A stretch of 64,000 nt of DNA from an uncultured Pseudomonadales bacterium (GTDB lineage Bacteria; Pseudomonadota; Gammaproteobacteria; Pseudomonadales; CAZYQX01), in NCBI GenBank assembly GCA_964649985.1, contig CAZYQX010000003.1:29704-93703 (forward strand). The letters are read 5' to 3'. A model generated the notes under the pieces. That model did not search any database. It was not told the DNA's origin and saw only the letters and a list, made by a program, of their open reading frames with translations. This document shows, in pieces, positions 1-11,414 of this stretch; the stretch's first letter is position 1; each line of letters starts with the position of its first letter. The position numbers and the translations under genes were made by a program.

Positions 1-333
1 GTTCAGGCCAGGGAGTTCAACCGGCAGCATGAGATCAGCGGTTTGCTGCTGTATCGCGATGGCAACTTCATGCAGCTGATCGAAGGGCCGAAGGAGCACG
101 TCGAATCGCTGTATAGCCGCATTCTGGCGGACCCACGCCATCATATGATCATCACGCTGCTGCAGGAGCCCGTGTCGGATCGGCTTTTTTCCGGATGGGC
201 GATGGCCTACAAGCCGCTTACTGAGCCCGATTGGCGCGAGTTGATGGAGGAAATTCGCCGTGGGGAAGGGGCGGGCCCGCTGGACAGCCACAAGCTGCTC
301 AAGGTGCTGTTGTCGTTCTGGCAGCGGGGCTAA
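1..333 (+). CDS. BLUF-domain blue-light FAD photoreceptor, 5'-truncated by the window edge
   Basis: Frame 1 is open from nt 1. The translation ...GLLLYRDGNFMQLIEGPKEHVESLYSRILADPRHH... matches the BLUF core pattern (Y..G.F.Q.LEG....V..L...I..D.RH). Confidence 0.75.
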   Translation, partial: VQAREFNRQHEISGLLLYRDGNFMQLIEGPKEHVESLYSRILADPRHHMIITLLQEPVSDRLFSGWAMAYKPLTEPDWRELMEEIRRGEGAGPLDSHKLLKVLLSFWQRG

Positions 334-355
334 AGGCTGGCACGGATCTGGCCGT

Positions 356-931
356 TCAATCCTGCACCCAGTTGAGCCATTTCAACTGGCCGTTTTCCAG
401 TTTTAATTCGGCGCTGTGGCCACTTTGCGGGAAGTGATAGCGCCACAGTTCCACCTGCACCTGTTTCAGCAGCCAGCCGCTTTGGCCGGTGGCGTAGGGC
501 TGGTCCCTGCGCTCGAGCAGGCGCTTGTCGTCGGGGGGGCCACAGCGCAGTTCGATCTCCGGTGCCCAGTCGCCCACCTGCACGCCGAAGGCGGGGCCTT
601 CGCACTGGCGGTGGTCGGCGGTGTAGTGGCTGCCGTAGTCACCGTTCTCGATGTTTTTCAGCGCGTCGTCCTGAAACACCAGGATCTGCAGCAGGGTGTT
701 GCTGCCGGTGCGGTATACCCACACGTCCAGGGCCTGGTAGCGCTCGATTTCCTGATAGGTCTGCTTCGCCTTGTGCACCACATCCTGGTGATAGCGGGCG
801 CTGGGCTCGCCGCAGGCGGCGCGCACTTCGGCCGGGCTGTCATCAATGCTGACCAGATTGCCGCCACAGCGCAAGGCCAGTGCACTGCTGCACGCCGTGG
901 CGAGCACTGCGCTCAGCAGCCATTTTTTCAC
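356..931 (-). CDS. Secreted DUF2845-like protein, two similar halves
   Basis: 191-aa ORF with signal peptide MKKWLLSAVLATACSSALA. Cys-framed repeats (RCGGNLV...AACGEP and RCGPPDD) resemble DUF2845. The GTG start at 931 overlaps the upstream stop (GTGA). Confidence 0.55.
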   Translation of the reverse strand: MKKWLLSAVLATACSSALALRCGGNLVSIDDSPAEVRAACGEPSARYHQDVVHKAKQTYQEIERYQALDVWVYRTGSNTLLQILVFQDDALKNIENGDYGSHYTADHRQCEGPAFGVQVGDWAPEIELRCGPPDDKRLLERRDQPYATGQSGWLLKQVQVELWRYHFPQSGHSAELKLENGQLKWLNWVQD

Positions 932-1301
932 AGGGTCGGGCTCTTGCTGGCGGCGACCGCCACGATGTAGCCAAAGCAGACCAGCGCGGCGACAAAGGCG
1001 CCTCTGCGCACGCCGTTGCGCTTGCCGAAGCGGAAGGCCACCAGGCCCAGGCCGATATAGGCCAGCAGACCGATGATCTTGGCCATCAGCCAGGGCGCTT
1101 GGCCGGGGGAGAGTTGCAGGCTGATGGCGAGGAACAGCGCACTGGCCAGCAGCACCGTGTCCACCACGTGGGGGGCGATCTTGAGCAGTTTGCTGCGCGG
1201 GGCCGGGTTGTCGCGCAGGTAGAGCGCGCCGCGCAACAGAAAGCCGGCGCCCGATAGCAGGGCGGCACTCATGTGGATGATCTTGGCGATTTCGTAGCTG
1301 G

Positions 1302-1305
<4 letters not shown>
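928..1305 (-). CDS. SirB2-family small inner-membrane protein
   Basis: 125 aa with four hydrophobic helices. The N-terminus (MTSYEIAKIIHMSAALLSGAGFLLRG) is typical of the SirB2/YchQ family. The ATGA overlap with the xseA stop suggests translational coupling. Confidence 0.6.
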
Positions 1306-4370
<3,065 letters not shown>

Positions 4371-4385
4371 GGATCAGAGAACCAG

Positions 4386-4415
4386 ACAACGGGGCCGCGC
4401 GCCCCGTTGTTGCTT
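4386..4415 (+). terminator. GC-rich hairpin between guaB and guaA (attenuator or partial terminator)
   Basis: ACAACGGGG (4386-4394) / loop CCGCGCG / CCCCGTTGT (4402-4410), followed by TGCTT. The U-tract is weak. Confidence 0.4.
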
Positions 4416-4457
4416 ACAGGGCGCCGCACGCGCCGCAGCCATTTTTGAGCAGCCACC

Positions 4458-6032
4458 ATGACCCAGAACATCCACGCCCAGAAAATCCTGATCCTGGACT
4501 TCGGCTCCCAGTACACCCAGCTGATCGCCCGCCGGGTGCGCGAGATCGGCGCCTACTGCGAGATCTACGCCTGGGATGCCGGTGACGAGGCCATCCGCGC
4601 TTACGCGCCCCAGGGCATCATCCTCTCCGGTGGCCCCGAGACCACCACCCTGGAAGGCACCCCCCGCGCCAGCCAGGCAGTGTTCGAGCTGGGCGTGCCG
4701 GTGCTGGGCATCTGCTACGGCATGCAGACCATGGCGGTGCAGCTGGGGGGCAAGGTGGAGTCCTCCGAGCTGCGGGAATTCGGCTATGCCCGCGTCACCG
4801 TGAACGGCGCCAACCCGCTGCTGGATGGCATCAGCGATCACGACGATGCCGCCGGCCACCAGCTCGACGTGTGGATGAGCCACGGCGACAAGGTCACCGT
4901 GCTGCCGCCCGGTTTCAGCCTGATGTGCGGCACCGACAGCGCCCCCATCGCCGGCATGTGCGATGTGAGCCGCCAGCTCTACGCGGTGCAGTTCCACCCG
5001 GAAGTGACCCACACCCACCAGGGCGGCCGCATGCTGGAGCGCTTCGTGCGCGGCATCTGTGGCTGTGAAGGGCTGTGGACCACCGCCAACATTATCGAAG
5101 ATGCCATCGCCACCGTGCGCGCCAAGGTGGGCGGTGACAAGGTGCTGCTGGGCCTGTCCGGCGGGGTGGATTCCTCGGTGGTGGCCGCCCTGTTGCACCG
5201 GGCCATCGGCGAGCAGCTGACCTGCGTGTTCGTCGACACCGGCCTGTTGCGCCTGCACGAGGGTGATCAGGTGATGGCCATGTTCGCCCAGAACATGGGC
5301 GTGAAGGTGATCCGCGTCGACGCCGAAGCCCTGTTCATGGGCAAGCTGGCCGGCGTGGCCGACCCCGAAGAGAAGCGCAAGATCATCGGCCGCACCTTCA
5401 TCGAGGTGTTCGATGCCGAGGCCGCCAAACTCACCGACGTGAAGTGGCTGGCCCAGGGCACCATCTACCCGGACGTGATCGAGTCCGCCGCCAGCAAGCA
5501 CGGCAAGGCGCACGTGATCAAGTCCCACCACAACGTGGGCGGCCTGCCGGAAGACATGGCGTTTGAGCTGGTCGAGCCACTGCGCGAGCTGTTCAAGGAC
5601 GAAGTGCGCAAGCTGGGCCTGGAACTGGGCCTGCCCTACGACATGGTCTACCGCCACCCCTTCCCCGGCCCCGGCCTGGGCGTGCGCATTCTGGGCGAGG
5701 TGAAGAAAGAGTACGCCGACATCCTGCGCCAGGCGGACTACATCTTCATGGAAGAGCTGCACAAGGCGGGCTGGTATCACCAGGTGTCCCAAGCCTTCGC
5801 GGTGTTCCTGCCGGTGAAATCGGTCGGCGTGGTGGGCGACGGCCGCCGCTACGAGTGGGTGATCTCCCTGCGCGCGGTGCAGACCATCGACTTCATGACC
5901 GCCCACTGGGCGCACCTGCCCTACGAACTGCTGGGGGAAGTCTCCCGCCGCATCATCAACGAGATCAGCGGCGTGTCGCGTGTGGTGTACGACATTTCCG
6001 GTAAGCCGCCGGCCACCATCGAGTGGGAGTGA
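4458..6032 (+). CDS. guaA: GMP synthase (glutamine-hydrolysing)
   Basis: 524 aa. GATase domain ([27 protein letters not shown]), ATP-PPase P-loop SGGVDSSV and the invariant C-terminus [10 protein letters not shown]. Confidence 0.97.
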   Translation: MTQNIHAQKILILDFGSQYTQLIARRVREIGAYCEIYAWDAGDEAIRAYAPQGIILSGGPETTTLEGTPRASQAVFELGVPVLGICYGMQTMAVQLGGKVESSELREFGYARVTVNGANPLLDGISDHDDAAGHQLDVWMSHGDKVTVLPPGFSLMCGTDSAPIAGMCDVSRQLYAVQFHPEVTHTHQGGRMLERFVRGICGCEGLWTTANIIEDAIATVRAKVGGDKVLLGLSGGVDSSVVAALLHRAIGEQLTCVFVDTGLLRLHEGDQVMAMFAQNMGVKVIRVDAEALFMGKLAGVADPEEKRKIIGRTFIEVFDAEAAKLTDVKWLAQGTIYPDVIESAASKHGKAHVIKSHHNVGGLPEDMAFELVEPLRELFKDEVRKLGLELGLPYDMVYRHPFPGPGLGVRILGEVKKEYADILRQADYIFMEELHKAGWYHQVSQAFAVFLPVKSVGVVGDGRRYEWVISLRAVQTIDFMTAHWAHLPYELLGEVSRRIINEISGVSRVVYDISGKPPATIEWE

Positions 6033-6076
6033 TTTGGCGGTTGGCACTTTCCCGTACGTACTAGTAAAGGCAAGCC

Positions 6077-6103
6077 AAAAGCCCGCGTAATCGCGGGCTT
6101 TTG
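6077..6103 (+). terminator. Rho-independent terminator of guaBA
   Basis: AAAAGCCCGCG (6077-6087) / TAAT / CGCGGGCTTTT (6092-6102). Perfect 7-bp GC stem plus a T-run. Confidence 0.7.
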
Positions 6104-6192
6104 GCATTTACACTTCTGTAAATTGAGGCTTCTCGTTCTGCCAGCGAGCCGTTGAGCTAACGTCGAAGTAGGCGTACTGGCCAATCCAACAG

Positions 6193-6198
6193 TAGAAT
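6193..6198 (+). promoter_or_regulatory. Candidate -10 box (TAGAAT) for the SIR2-domain gene
   Basis: TAGAAT lies 29 nt upstream of ATG 6227. No convincing -35 hexamer at 16-18 nt spacing. Confidence 0.25.
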
Positions 6199-6226
6199 CG
6201 ACGCACAGTATTGATTAATTGAGCTT

Positions 6227-9200
6227 ATGAGATTCTATCCCGATGGTCCCGCGATACCGGATATCCTTCTGGAGCGCTGTGATGCTGGTCGCGTCGTGTT
6301 TCTGTGCGGTGCAGGAGTTTCGAAACCATCTATGCCGGATTTTGTCGGCCTCACTCGCTACGTCATAGACTGTTTTGCCCCGCCAGCTGATTCAGAAATC
6401 ATGGTCGCGTTTTGGCCATGGCACCCTGATAATCCGCATCGGAACGATCAGTCTGCGGCAAAAGTCCCGCTCGACCAAATCTTCAATCTCCTGCACCTTG
6501 AATACGGCAAGGACGAAGTGAACGCTCTGGTTACAGAGAAGCTTAGTACTCCTCTCGAAACCCAAGATGTTGGACGTGAACACGGCCTGATCAAGCGGAT
6601 TTCTAAGAGTACGAGCGGTGTGCCGCAGATCGTCACGACGAATTTCGACCGCTTGTTCGAGATAGGGCCCGAGGGGGAGCATCTGCGCCCGCATGAGCCG
6701 CCTGCTTTTCCCGACCTGAACTTCGGATCGAAGATAGAGGGGATCACGTATCTACATGGGCGGCTGGTGGAGGTGACCTCAGAAAGCCATCCCTACGTTC
6801 TGAGTAGCGCGGACTTCGGGCGTGCATATCTCTCAGAGGGATGGGCAACTAACTTCATCCGGCACCTCCTCGAACGATATACCGTCGTTTTGGTCGGCTA
6901 TCAGGCCGAAGACCCGCCAATCAAATATCTTCTTCAGGGTCTCAACCATGACGGTCAGTATGACCGGTCCAGACTCTACGCCTTTGATCGTGGGCTTCCG
7001 GAAGAGATCGAAGCTCGGTGGCGTGACCGAGGTGTCACAGCTATAGCCTATTCCGATCATCCGGACTTGTGGAAGAGCATGGAAGCTTGGGCAGACCGGG
7101 CCGACGACCTGCGCAAGTGGCGTGCATCCATCATCAATAAAGCCCAGCATGATCCGAAAAATCTTGCCCCTCATGAGCGTGGTCAAGTGGCGCATGTACT
7201 TCGCACAGTACAGGGGGCGAGATTGTTCTCTGAGGCGGACCCTTTACCTCATCCGGAATGGGTGTGTGTGATGGATGCGAATGTTCGTTTGGCGGCACCG
7301 GGCCCAGGCGATAGCGCCGTTGCAGAAGTTTTCGATGCCAGGGTTGCTTATGGGCTCGATGATGATCTGACGGATAACTCTGATGATGAGAGTCGTCAGG
7401 GTGCCAGCAACGACAATCTCCTAGTTTGGCGCCATGGCGATGACAGCCCACATGAGTTTCATCGATTGGCTGGGCGACAGGTCGAAGGCTATGAGGCCAT
7501 TCCTAGAAGGCTCGGCTATCTCATCAAATGGATTAGTAAGTCGATCGATAGTCCGGTGTTGGCGTGGTGGGCCATTCGAAAGAACGGACTGCATCCACGA
7601 TTGCTGCATGAGATTGAATTGCAGTTAGCGCGTGAGGGTGGTCTGCACGAGCGTGCACGCCATATCTGGAACCTTATACTCGAATACTTTCGGGATCCAC
7701 GTAATCGTCAGAGGTGTGACGGCTGGTTCGATTTGAAAACGCGGATCAATTTGGAGGGGTGGACGGCCAGTGTTTTACGAGAATTCCAGAGGGTTGCGAT
7801 GCCTAGATTGGATATCACACCGCCTCATGGACTGAGCCAGTCCAGGCCACCTTGTGTGCCTTGGGAGCAAATTTGCCTAGAACACCTCGGCCATTTTGAG
7901 GTGAAATTCCTTTATCAGTGTAAAGAAGATGTAGACGTTCCCGACGATTTTTTGCCGCAGGTATTTGGCATCCTGGAAGATCAGCTGATTGTAGCGTCAG
8001 GTTTGCTGGGGGATATTGATAGCACAAACGTTGAGGCTCCGACCTGCTATGCCGACCGTGAGATCGACGGGGATGACTACGTTACTCCAGCTGGGGAAGT
8101 TTTTGCTCGGTTTGTACATCTTTTTGACCGAATGGCTGACAGGTGGCCTGCACTCGCGAATGCGCACGCAACAACTTGGCCTGTGACGGACCGGCTCTTC
8201 TTCCGGAAGCTAAAGCTGTATGCGTTCAACAAAGTAGGTGTGTTCGAAGCCGATTATGTTGCCGAAGAAGTTTTGTCTTTAGATCAGGAAACATTCTGGG
8301 ACATTGATGTTGCCCGAGAGCTTCTTTTTCTTTTTGTGGACCGATGGGGAGAGTTTTCTCTGGAGTGCCGGAATCGACTGATCGACCGTATTTTGACTGG
8401 CCCCAATAAGGGTTCGGATGGGCTTGGGGAGGAGTGCGCTGTATCGTGGGATGAGTTTGATGCCGCCAGATACGCTCGGTATATCGAACTACAAGGGTGC
8501 GAGCTGGCGGCTGATCACAGTGAACGACTTGCCGAGATGATCCAGCGTATTCCTAGATGGAGTGACCGTTGTGCGACCTCACTGGTGGACGAACGGGGCC
8601 ATTGTGTGGTTGGGATTGTTAAGGATGAAAAACCAGATGTCCTTGTGGGCATTCCTGTAAACGAGGTGGTCTCCAGGGCCAAGGAAGACTTGAATCGGGA
8701 CGTTGGCAGCTTCATTGAAAAGAGACCCTTTACGGGTATGGTGAGAGAAAATCCGCGAAAAGCGTTGTCTGCATTGACTATTGCGGGAAAGGCTGGCGAC
8801 TACCCAGAGGTGCTCTGGTTGGCGATGATCAATGAAATTCCCGCAAACATCACGTCTAGGCTGAGAAGGGTATTCCTTAACCGACTCGCACGGCTTCCAA
8901 ATAATGTGATCGTCGAACTGCGCCATAACTTAGCTCGATGGCTCAGGCAAAATTTGGGTTCTATTCTTGAGTTCGACGTTGATCTTGGTTGGGCAGTTTA
9001 TGATCACGTCGTCGAAGGTATCCTAGGGGGTGGTGCAGACGCTACAAAGAGTGACCTTGTTGAAATTTACCATGCTGGAGGCGTCGCCCAACGGTCTCGG
9101 CGCACTTTAAAGCAGGCGTTCCACGGCCCAATTGGTCTGTGTGCTGAGGCTCTTTTTTCCGCAGTGCCTGGCGAAATACAGGCTGCCGGGTCACTAATCC

Positions 9201-10054
9201 CATATGACATCAAGTCTCGTGTCGAGCGACTCTTTACCGCGCCGGGAGAGGGGGCAGACCACGCAGTATCGGTAACGACTAGCAAGCTGGTCTGGCTTAT
9301 GTCTGTCGACCCTGCCTGGACAAAGGTTCGCATTATTCCAATGTTGGCGTTTGAGCACTCCGCTTCGGAACCAGCTTGGAATGGTTTTCTTCATGGCGGG
9401 CGAGTGCCGTCACCCCCATTGGCCGAGATCATCAAGCCGCTCTTGCTTGATATCCTCCCGTGGATCGAAGAATTTTCCTGGGATCGCAACCTCTCAAATG
9501 TAGCGGTCCAATGGCTAGGCATCATGCGGGTGCGTCGCCTGGATGAACTGGGTGGCCTCTCAGAAGGCCAAATGCGCGCGGTTATTCGAACGATGACAGA
9601 CGCTACTCGGAAGCAGTTCATTTTCTGGTTGGGTCTAGTCGGTCAGCAAAACGATAACGGCTGGGTTAAATATGTCATCCCCTTAATCAATGAGAGCTGG
9701 CCGAGAGAGCGCCGATACAGGACCAGTGCATCGATGACGGCATGGATGCAGCTGCTTGTTAAAACCCAGGATAGTTTCCCGGTTGTATATAACGCGGTGA
9801 AGCAGTTTTTGGTGCCGACTAAGACCGCAGACCATTCGTTTTACTTGTTTACTCGTGTGAACCAGGAGGAAAAATCGATTGCGGCCTTATATCCAGAAGA
9901 AACACTGGATTTGGTGAGCAGGACTATACCTCAAGCCTTCGATTACCCGCTTTTCGGGTTAAAGGAATTACTTGAGCTGATTGGGGATGCCTCCCCCATA
10001 TTGAAAGCAGACCCGCGCTATGTGCGCTTAATCGACCTTATCGAGTGCAGCTAG
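6227..10054 (+). CDS. SIR2-domain protein, 1275 aa: N-terminal SIR2_2/DSR-type NADase-like domain plus ~900-aa C-terminal region of unknown function. Candidate stand-alone anti-phage effector.
   Basis: Ordered SIR2_2 motifs: VVFLCGAGVS (aa 23-32), IVTTNFDRLFE (N139 = nt 6641-6643, D141), YLHGRL (H177 = nt 6755-6757), VVLVGYQAEDPPI (aa 220-232). An acidic linker DDDLTDNSDDESRQGASNDN follows at about aa 378-397. No GxxxxGK[ST] motif occurs anywhere in the protein. Low GC; the only gene in the islet. Confidence 0.8.
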   Translation: MRFYPDGPAIPDILLERCDAGRVVFLCGAGVSKPSMPDFVGLTRYVIDCFAPPADSEIMVAFWPWHPDNPHRNDQSAAKVPLDQIFNLLHLEYGKDEVNALVTEKLSTPLETQDVGREHGLIKRISKSTSGVPQIVTTNFDRLFEIGPEGEHLRPHEPPAFPDLNFGSKIEGITYLHGRLVEVTSESHPYVLSSADFGRAYLSEGWATNFIRHLLERYTVVLVGYQAEDPPIKYLLQGLNHDGQYDRSRLYAFDRGLPEEIEARWRDRGVTAIAYSDHPDLWKSMEAWADRADDLRKWRASIINKAQHDPKNLAPHERGQVAHVLRTVQGARLFSEADPLPHPEWVCVMDANVRLAAPGPGDSAVAEVFDARVAYGLDDDLTDNSDDESRQGASNDNLLVWRHGDDSPHEFHRLAGRQVEGYEAIPRRLGYLIKWISKSIDSPVLAWWAIRKNGLHPRLLHEIELQLAREGGLHERARHIWNLILEYFRDPRNRQRCDGWFDLKTRINLEGWTASVLREFQRVAMPRLDITPPHGLSQSRPPCVPWEQICLEHLGHFEVKFLYQCKEDVDVPDDFLPQVFGILEDQLIVASGLLGDIDSTNVEAPTCYADREIDGDDYVTPAGEVFARFVHLFDRMADRWPALANAHATTWPVTDRLFFRKLKLYAFNKVGVFEADYVAEEVLSLDQETFWDIDVARELLFLFVDRWGEFSLECRNRLIDRILTGPNKGSDGLGEECAVSWDEFDAARYARYIELQGCELAADHSERLAEMIQRIPRWSDRCATSLVDERGHCVVGIVKDEKPDVLVGIPVNEVVSRAKEDLNRDVGSFIEKRPFTGMVRENPRKALSALTIAGKAGDYPEVLWLAMINEIPANITSRLRRVFLNRLARLPNNVIVELRHNLARWLRQNLGSILEFDVDLGWAVYDHVVEGILGGGADATKSDLVEIYHAGGVAQRSRRTLKQAFHGPIGLCAEALFSAVPGEIQAAGSLIPYDIKSRVERLFTAPGEGADHAVSVTTSKLVWLMSVDPAWTKVRIIPMLAFEHSASEPAWNGFLHGGRVPSPPLAEIIKPLLLDILPWIEEFSWDRNLSNVAVQWLGIMRVRRLDELGGLSEGQMRAVIRTMTDATRKQFIFWLGLVGQQNDNGWVKYVIPLINESWPRERRYRTSASMTAWMQLLVKTQDSFPVVYNAVKQFLVPTKTADHSFYLFTRVNQEEKSIAALYPEETLDLVSRTIPQAFDYPLFGLKELLELIGDASPILKADPRYVRLIDLIECS

Positions 10055-10307
10055 AGTAGGGGGGGCGACAAGAGAAATGCTTGGTGCCGTTGTTAGTTTC
10101 GCGCTCTAGATTTTAGTGCAACGAGTGCAGATGCTCGTGAATGGATGTCGCATTACCTTGAATCATCATTGAGATCGGCGGTGACGCGCGGGTGCTGTAG
10201 GACATCTTCGGTCAGCCGTCTGTTACCAAATAGTGGGAGTAAGTCGCCAGATTGAGGCCTGCCACCGAGGTGGTTTGGCCCCTGGCCGGGTGTAATGCCA
10301 CGGCCAT

Positions 10308-10333
10308 GCGGCGTTGCCTTCTGGCAACACCGC
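10308..10333 (-). terminator. Strong hairpin 14 nt downstream of the epimerase-family gene stop (terminator-like, no U-tract)
   Basis: GCGGCGTTGCC (10308-10318) / TTCT / GGCAACACCGC (10323-10333). 11-bp stem with one C/T position. Confidence 0.4.
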
Positions 10334-10346
10334 TTGGCCAATGCCC

Positions 10347-11378
10347 TCAGGCGGGCAGTAGTGGGTGTTTGGATGCCCGCAGGTGCTGCACCGTCAGTTT
10401 GATGCCCTCAGCAAGATTCACCTTCGGTTTCCAGCCAAAATCGCGATAGGCCTTGCCGATCTGGTAGTAGTGATCGGTGATCATGTATTTCACCGCGAAG
10501 CGCGACATGCCGTTTTCCGCGCTGATGCCGCCGCCTTTGAGGGTGTCGATGCCCTCGATGATCGCGGCCACCGCATAGGCCAGCCAGTAGGGCACCCGGT
10601 ATTGGATGGCGGGGAAGCCTGCGGTGAGCATGAAGCGCTCCACAAACTCGAAGAAGGCCATGGGTTCGCCGTTGGTGATGAAGTAGGCTTGCCCACACAG
10701 CGGCGAATCCGGCACCAGCGCGGCCTCGGCGGCGATCACGGCATCCACCAGGTTGGCAATGTAGGTGAAGTCCGACAGCTTGTTGCGCGCACCGATCTCG
10801 AATTTCAGCTTGCCGGCCGCGGCCTTTTCCAGAATGTTGGGGATGAAGCGGTTGTCCCCCGGGCCGAACACTACATGGGGGCGGATGGCGCAGGCCTGGG
10901 TGATGCCGGTGCCACTGAAGGCCAGCACATCCTTCTCCGCCTGGATCTTGCTGTCGGCATAGGGGGCCTGCGAGATGGAGGAGTAGGGCAGGCTCTCATC
11001 GCCGTTGCGGATATCGTGACCTTCATAAACTGCACTGGCGGAGCTGATATACACCAGGCGGGGGATCGTGTGCTGCTTACAGGCCTCCATCACGTTCAGC
11101 GTGCCCTGGTGGTTCACGGCCCAGACCAGGTCTTCGCGGTTGTTTTTGGTGTGCACGATGGAGGCATTGTGCACCACCGAGTCCATGCCCTGGCAGGCGT
11201 CGATCACCGCCTGCCGGTCGGTGAGGTCCACCTTGAGGAAGCGCACATCCGGCCTGAAGGGGGTGCCGCCCAGGTCGATCACGGTGACCTCGAAGCCCTG
11301 GTCGGCGAAGCCATCCACCAGGCTTTTGCCGATGAAGCCAAAACCGCCGGTGATGAGAATTTTCCGCGCCTTAGCCAT
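10347..11378 (-). CDS. NAD(P)-dependent 3beta-hydroxysteroid dehydrogenase/isomerase-family (extended SDR/epimerase) protein
   Basis: 343 aa. Rossmann motif ILITGGFGFIGKSL, catalytic YADSK (YxxxK), overall 3beta-HSD/NAD-epimerase layout. Confidence 0.8.
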   Translation of the reverse strand: MAKARKILITGGFGFIGKSLVDGFADQGFEVTVIDLGGTPFRPDVRFLKVDLTDRQAVIDACQGMDSVVHNASIVHTKNNREDLVWAVNHQGTLNVMEACKQHTIPRLVYISSASAVYEGHDIRNGDESLPYSSISQAPYADSKIQAEKDVLAFSGTGITQACAIRPHVVFGPGDNRFIPNILEKAAAGKLKFEIGARNKLSDFTYIANLVDAVIAAEAALVPDSPLCGQAYFITNGEPMAFFEFVERFMLTAGFPAIQYRVPYWLAYAVAAIIEGIDTLKGGGISAENGMSRFAVKYMITDHYYQIGKAYRDFGWKPKVNLAEGIKLTVQHLRASKHPLLPA

Positions 11379-11414
11379 GCGTGTCTCCTTGCCTGTGAAG
11401 AGGGGTGTCCCGGC

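Larger units (their letters stand above)
6104..10200. other. Compositionally atypical ~4.1-kb islet carrying one gene (the SIR2-domain ORF)
   Basis: Hand counts of single 60-nt lines give 48% GC (6481-6540) and 42% (8221-8280), against 65% in guaA (5221-5280). The drop begins right after the guaA terminator. High GC resumes around 10170-10250. No integrase, transposase or flanking repeat of 9 bp or more was found. Confidence 0.6.

Noticed and set aside
4374-6107. 577-aa ORF antisense to guaA. Similar long antisense ORFs include 10365..12098(+), 12080..13741(+), 18533..19705(+), 2883..3965(-), 47780..48718(+), 52762..53775(-) and 58335..59096(-).
   Set aside because: Each lies opposite a gene with unmistakable conserved motifs. 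Their translations are low-complexity and rich in Gly, Ala, Arg, His and Val, which is typical of stop-codon-poor antisense frames in >60% GC DNA.
6178-6185. TGGCCAAT occurs on both sides of the islet (6178-6185 and 10335-10342) and could be att-like direct repeats.
   Set aside because: It is only 8 bp, which is expected by chance in a 64-kb window. The right copy sits beyond the hairpin next to the epimerase-family stop codon, not at the GC transition. No integrase is present.
7721-7740. GGTTCGA T-loop-like string suggesting a tRNA.
   Set aside because: It lies inside the SIR2 coding frame. There are no acceptor or anticodon stems around it. No tRNA-like cloverleaf was found in any intergenic region of the window.
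6227-10054. Classification of the SIR2 protein as Avs5/STAND, Thoeris ThsA, SIR2-HerA or SPARSA.
   Set aside because: The protein has no Walker A/B NTPase motif and no SLOG-like C-terminus that I can recognise. There are no adjacent TIR, HerA or Argonaute genes. The flanks are guaA and a lipid-oxidation operon.
10153-10341. 62-aa ORF on the minus strand in the gap between the SIR2 gene and the epimerase-family gene. Considered as a possible small partner, antitoxin or gene remnant.
   Set aside because: The translation is Gly/Pro/Arg-rich with no recognisable motif. The ORF spans the 11-bp-stem terminator hairpin (10308-10333). Its GC matches host non-coding DNA. There is no RBS.
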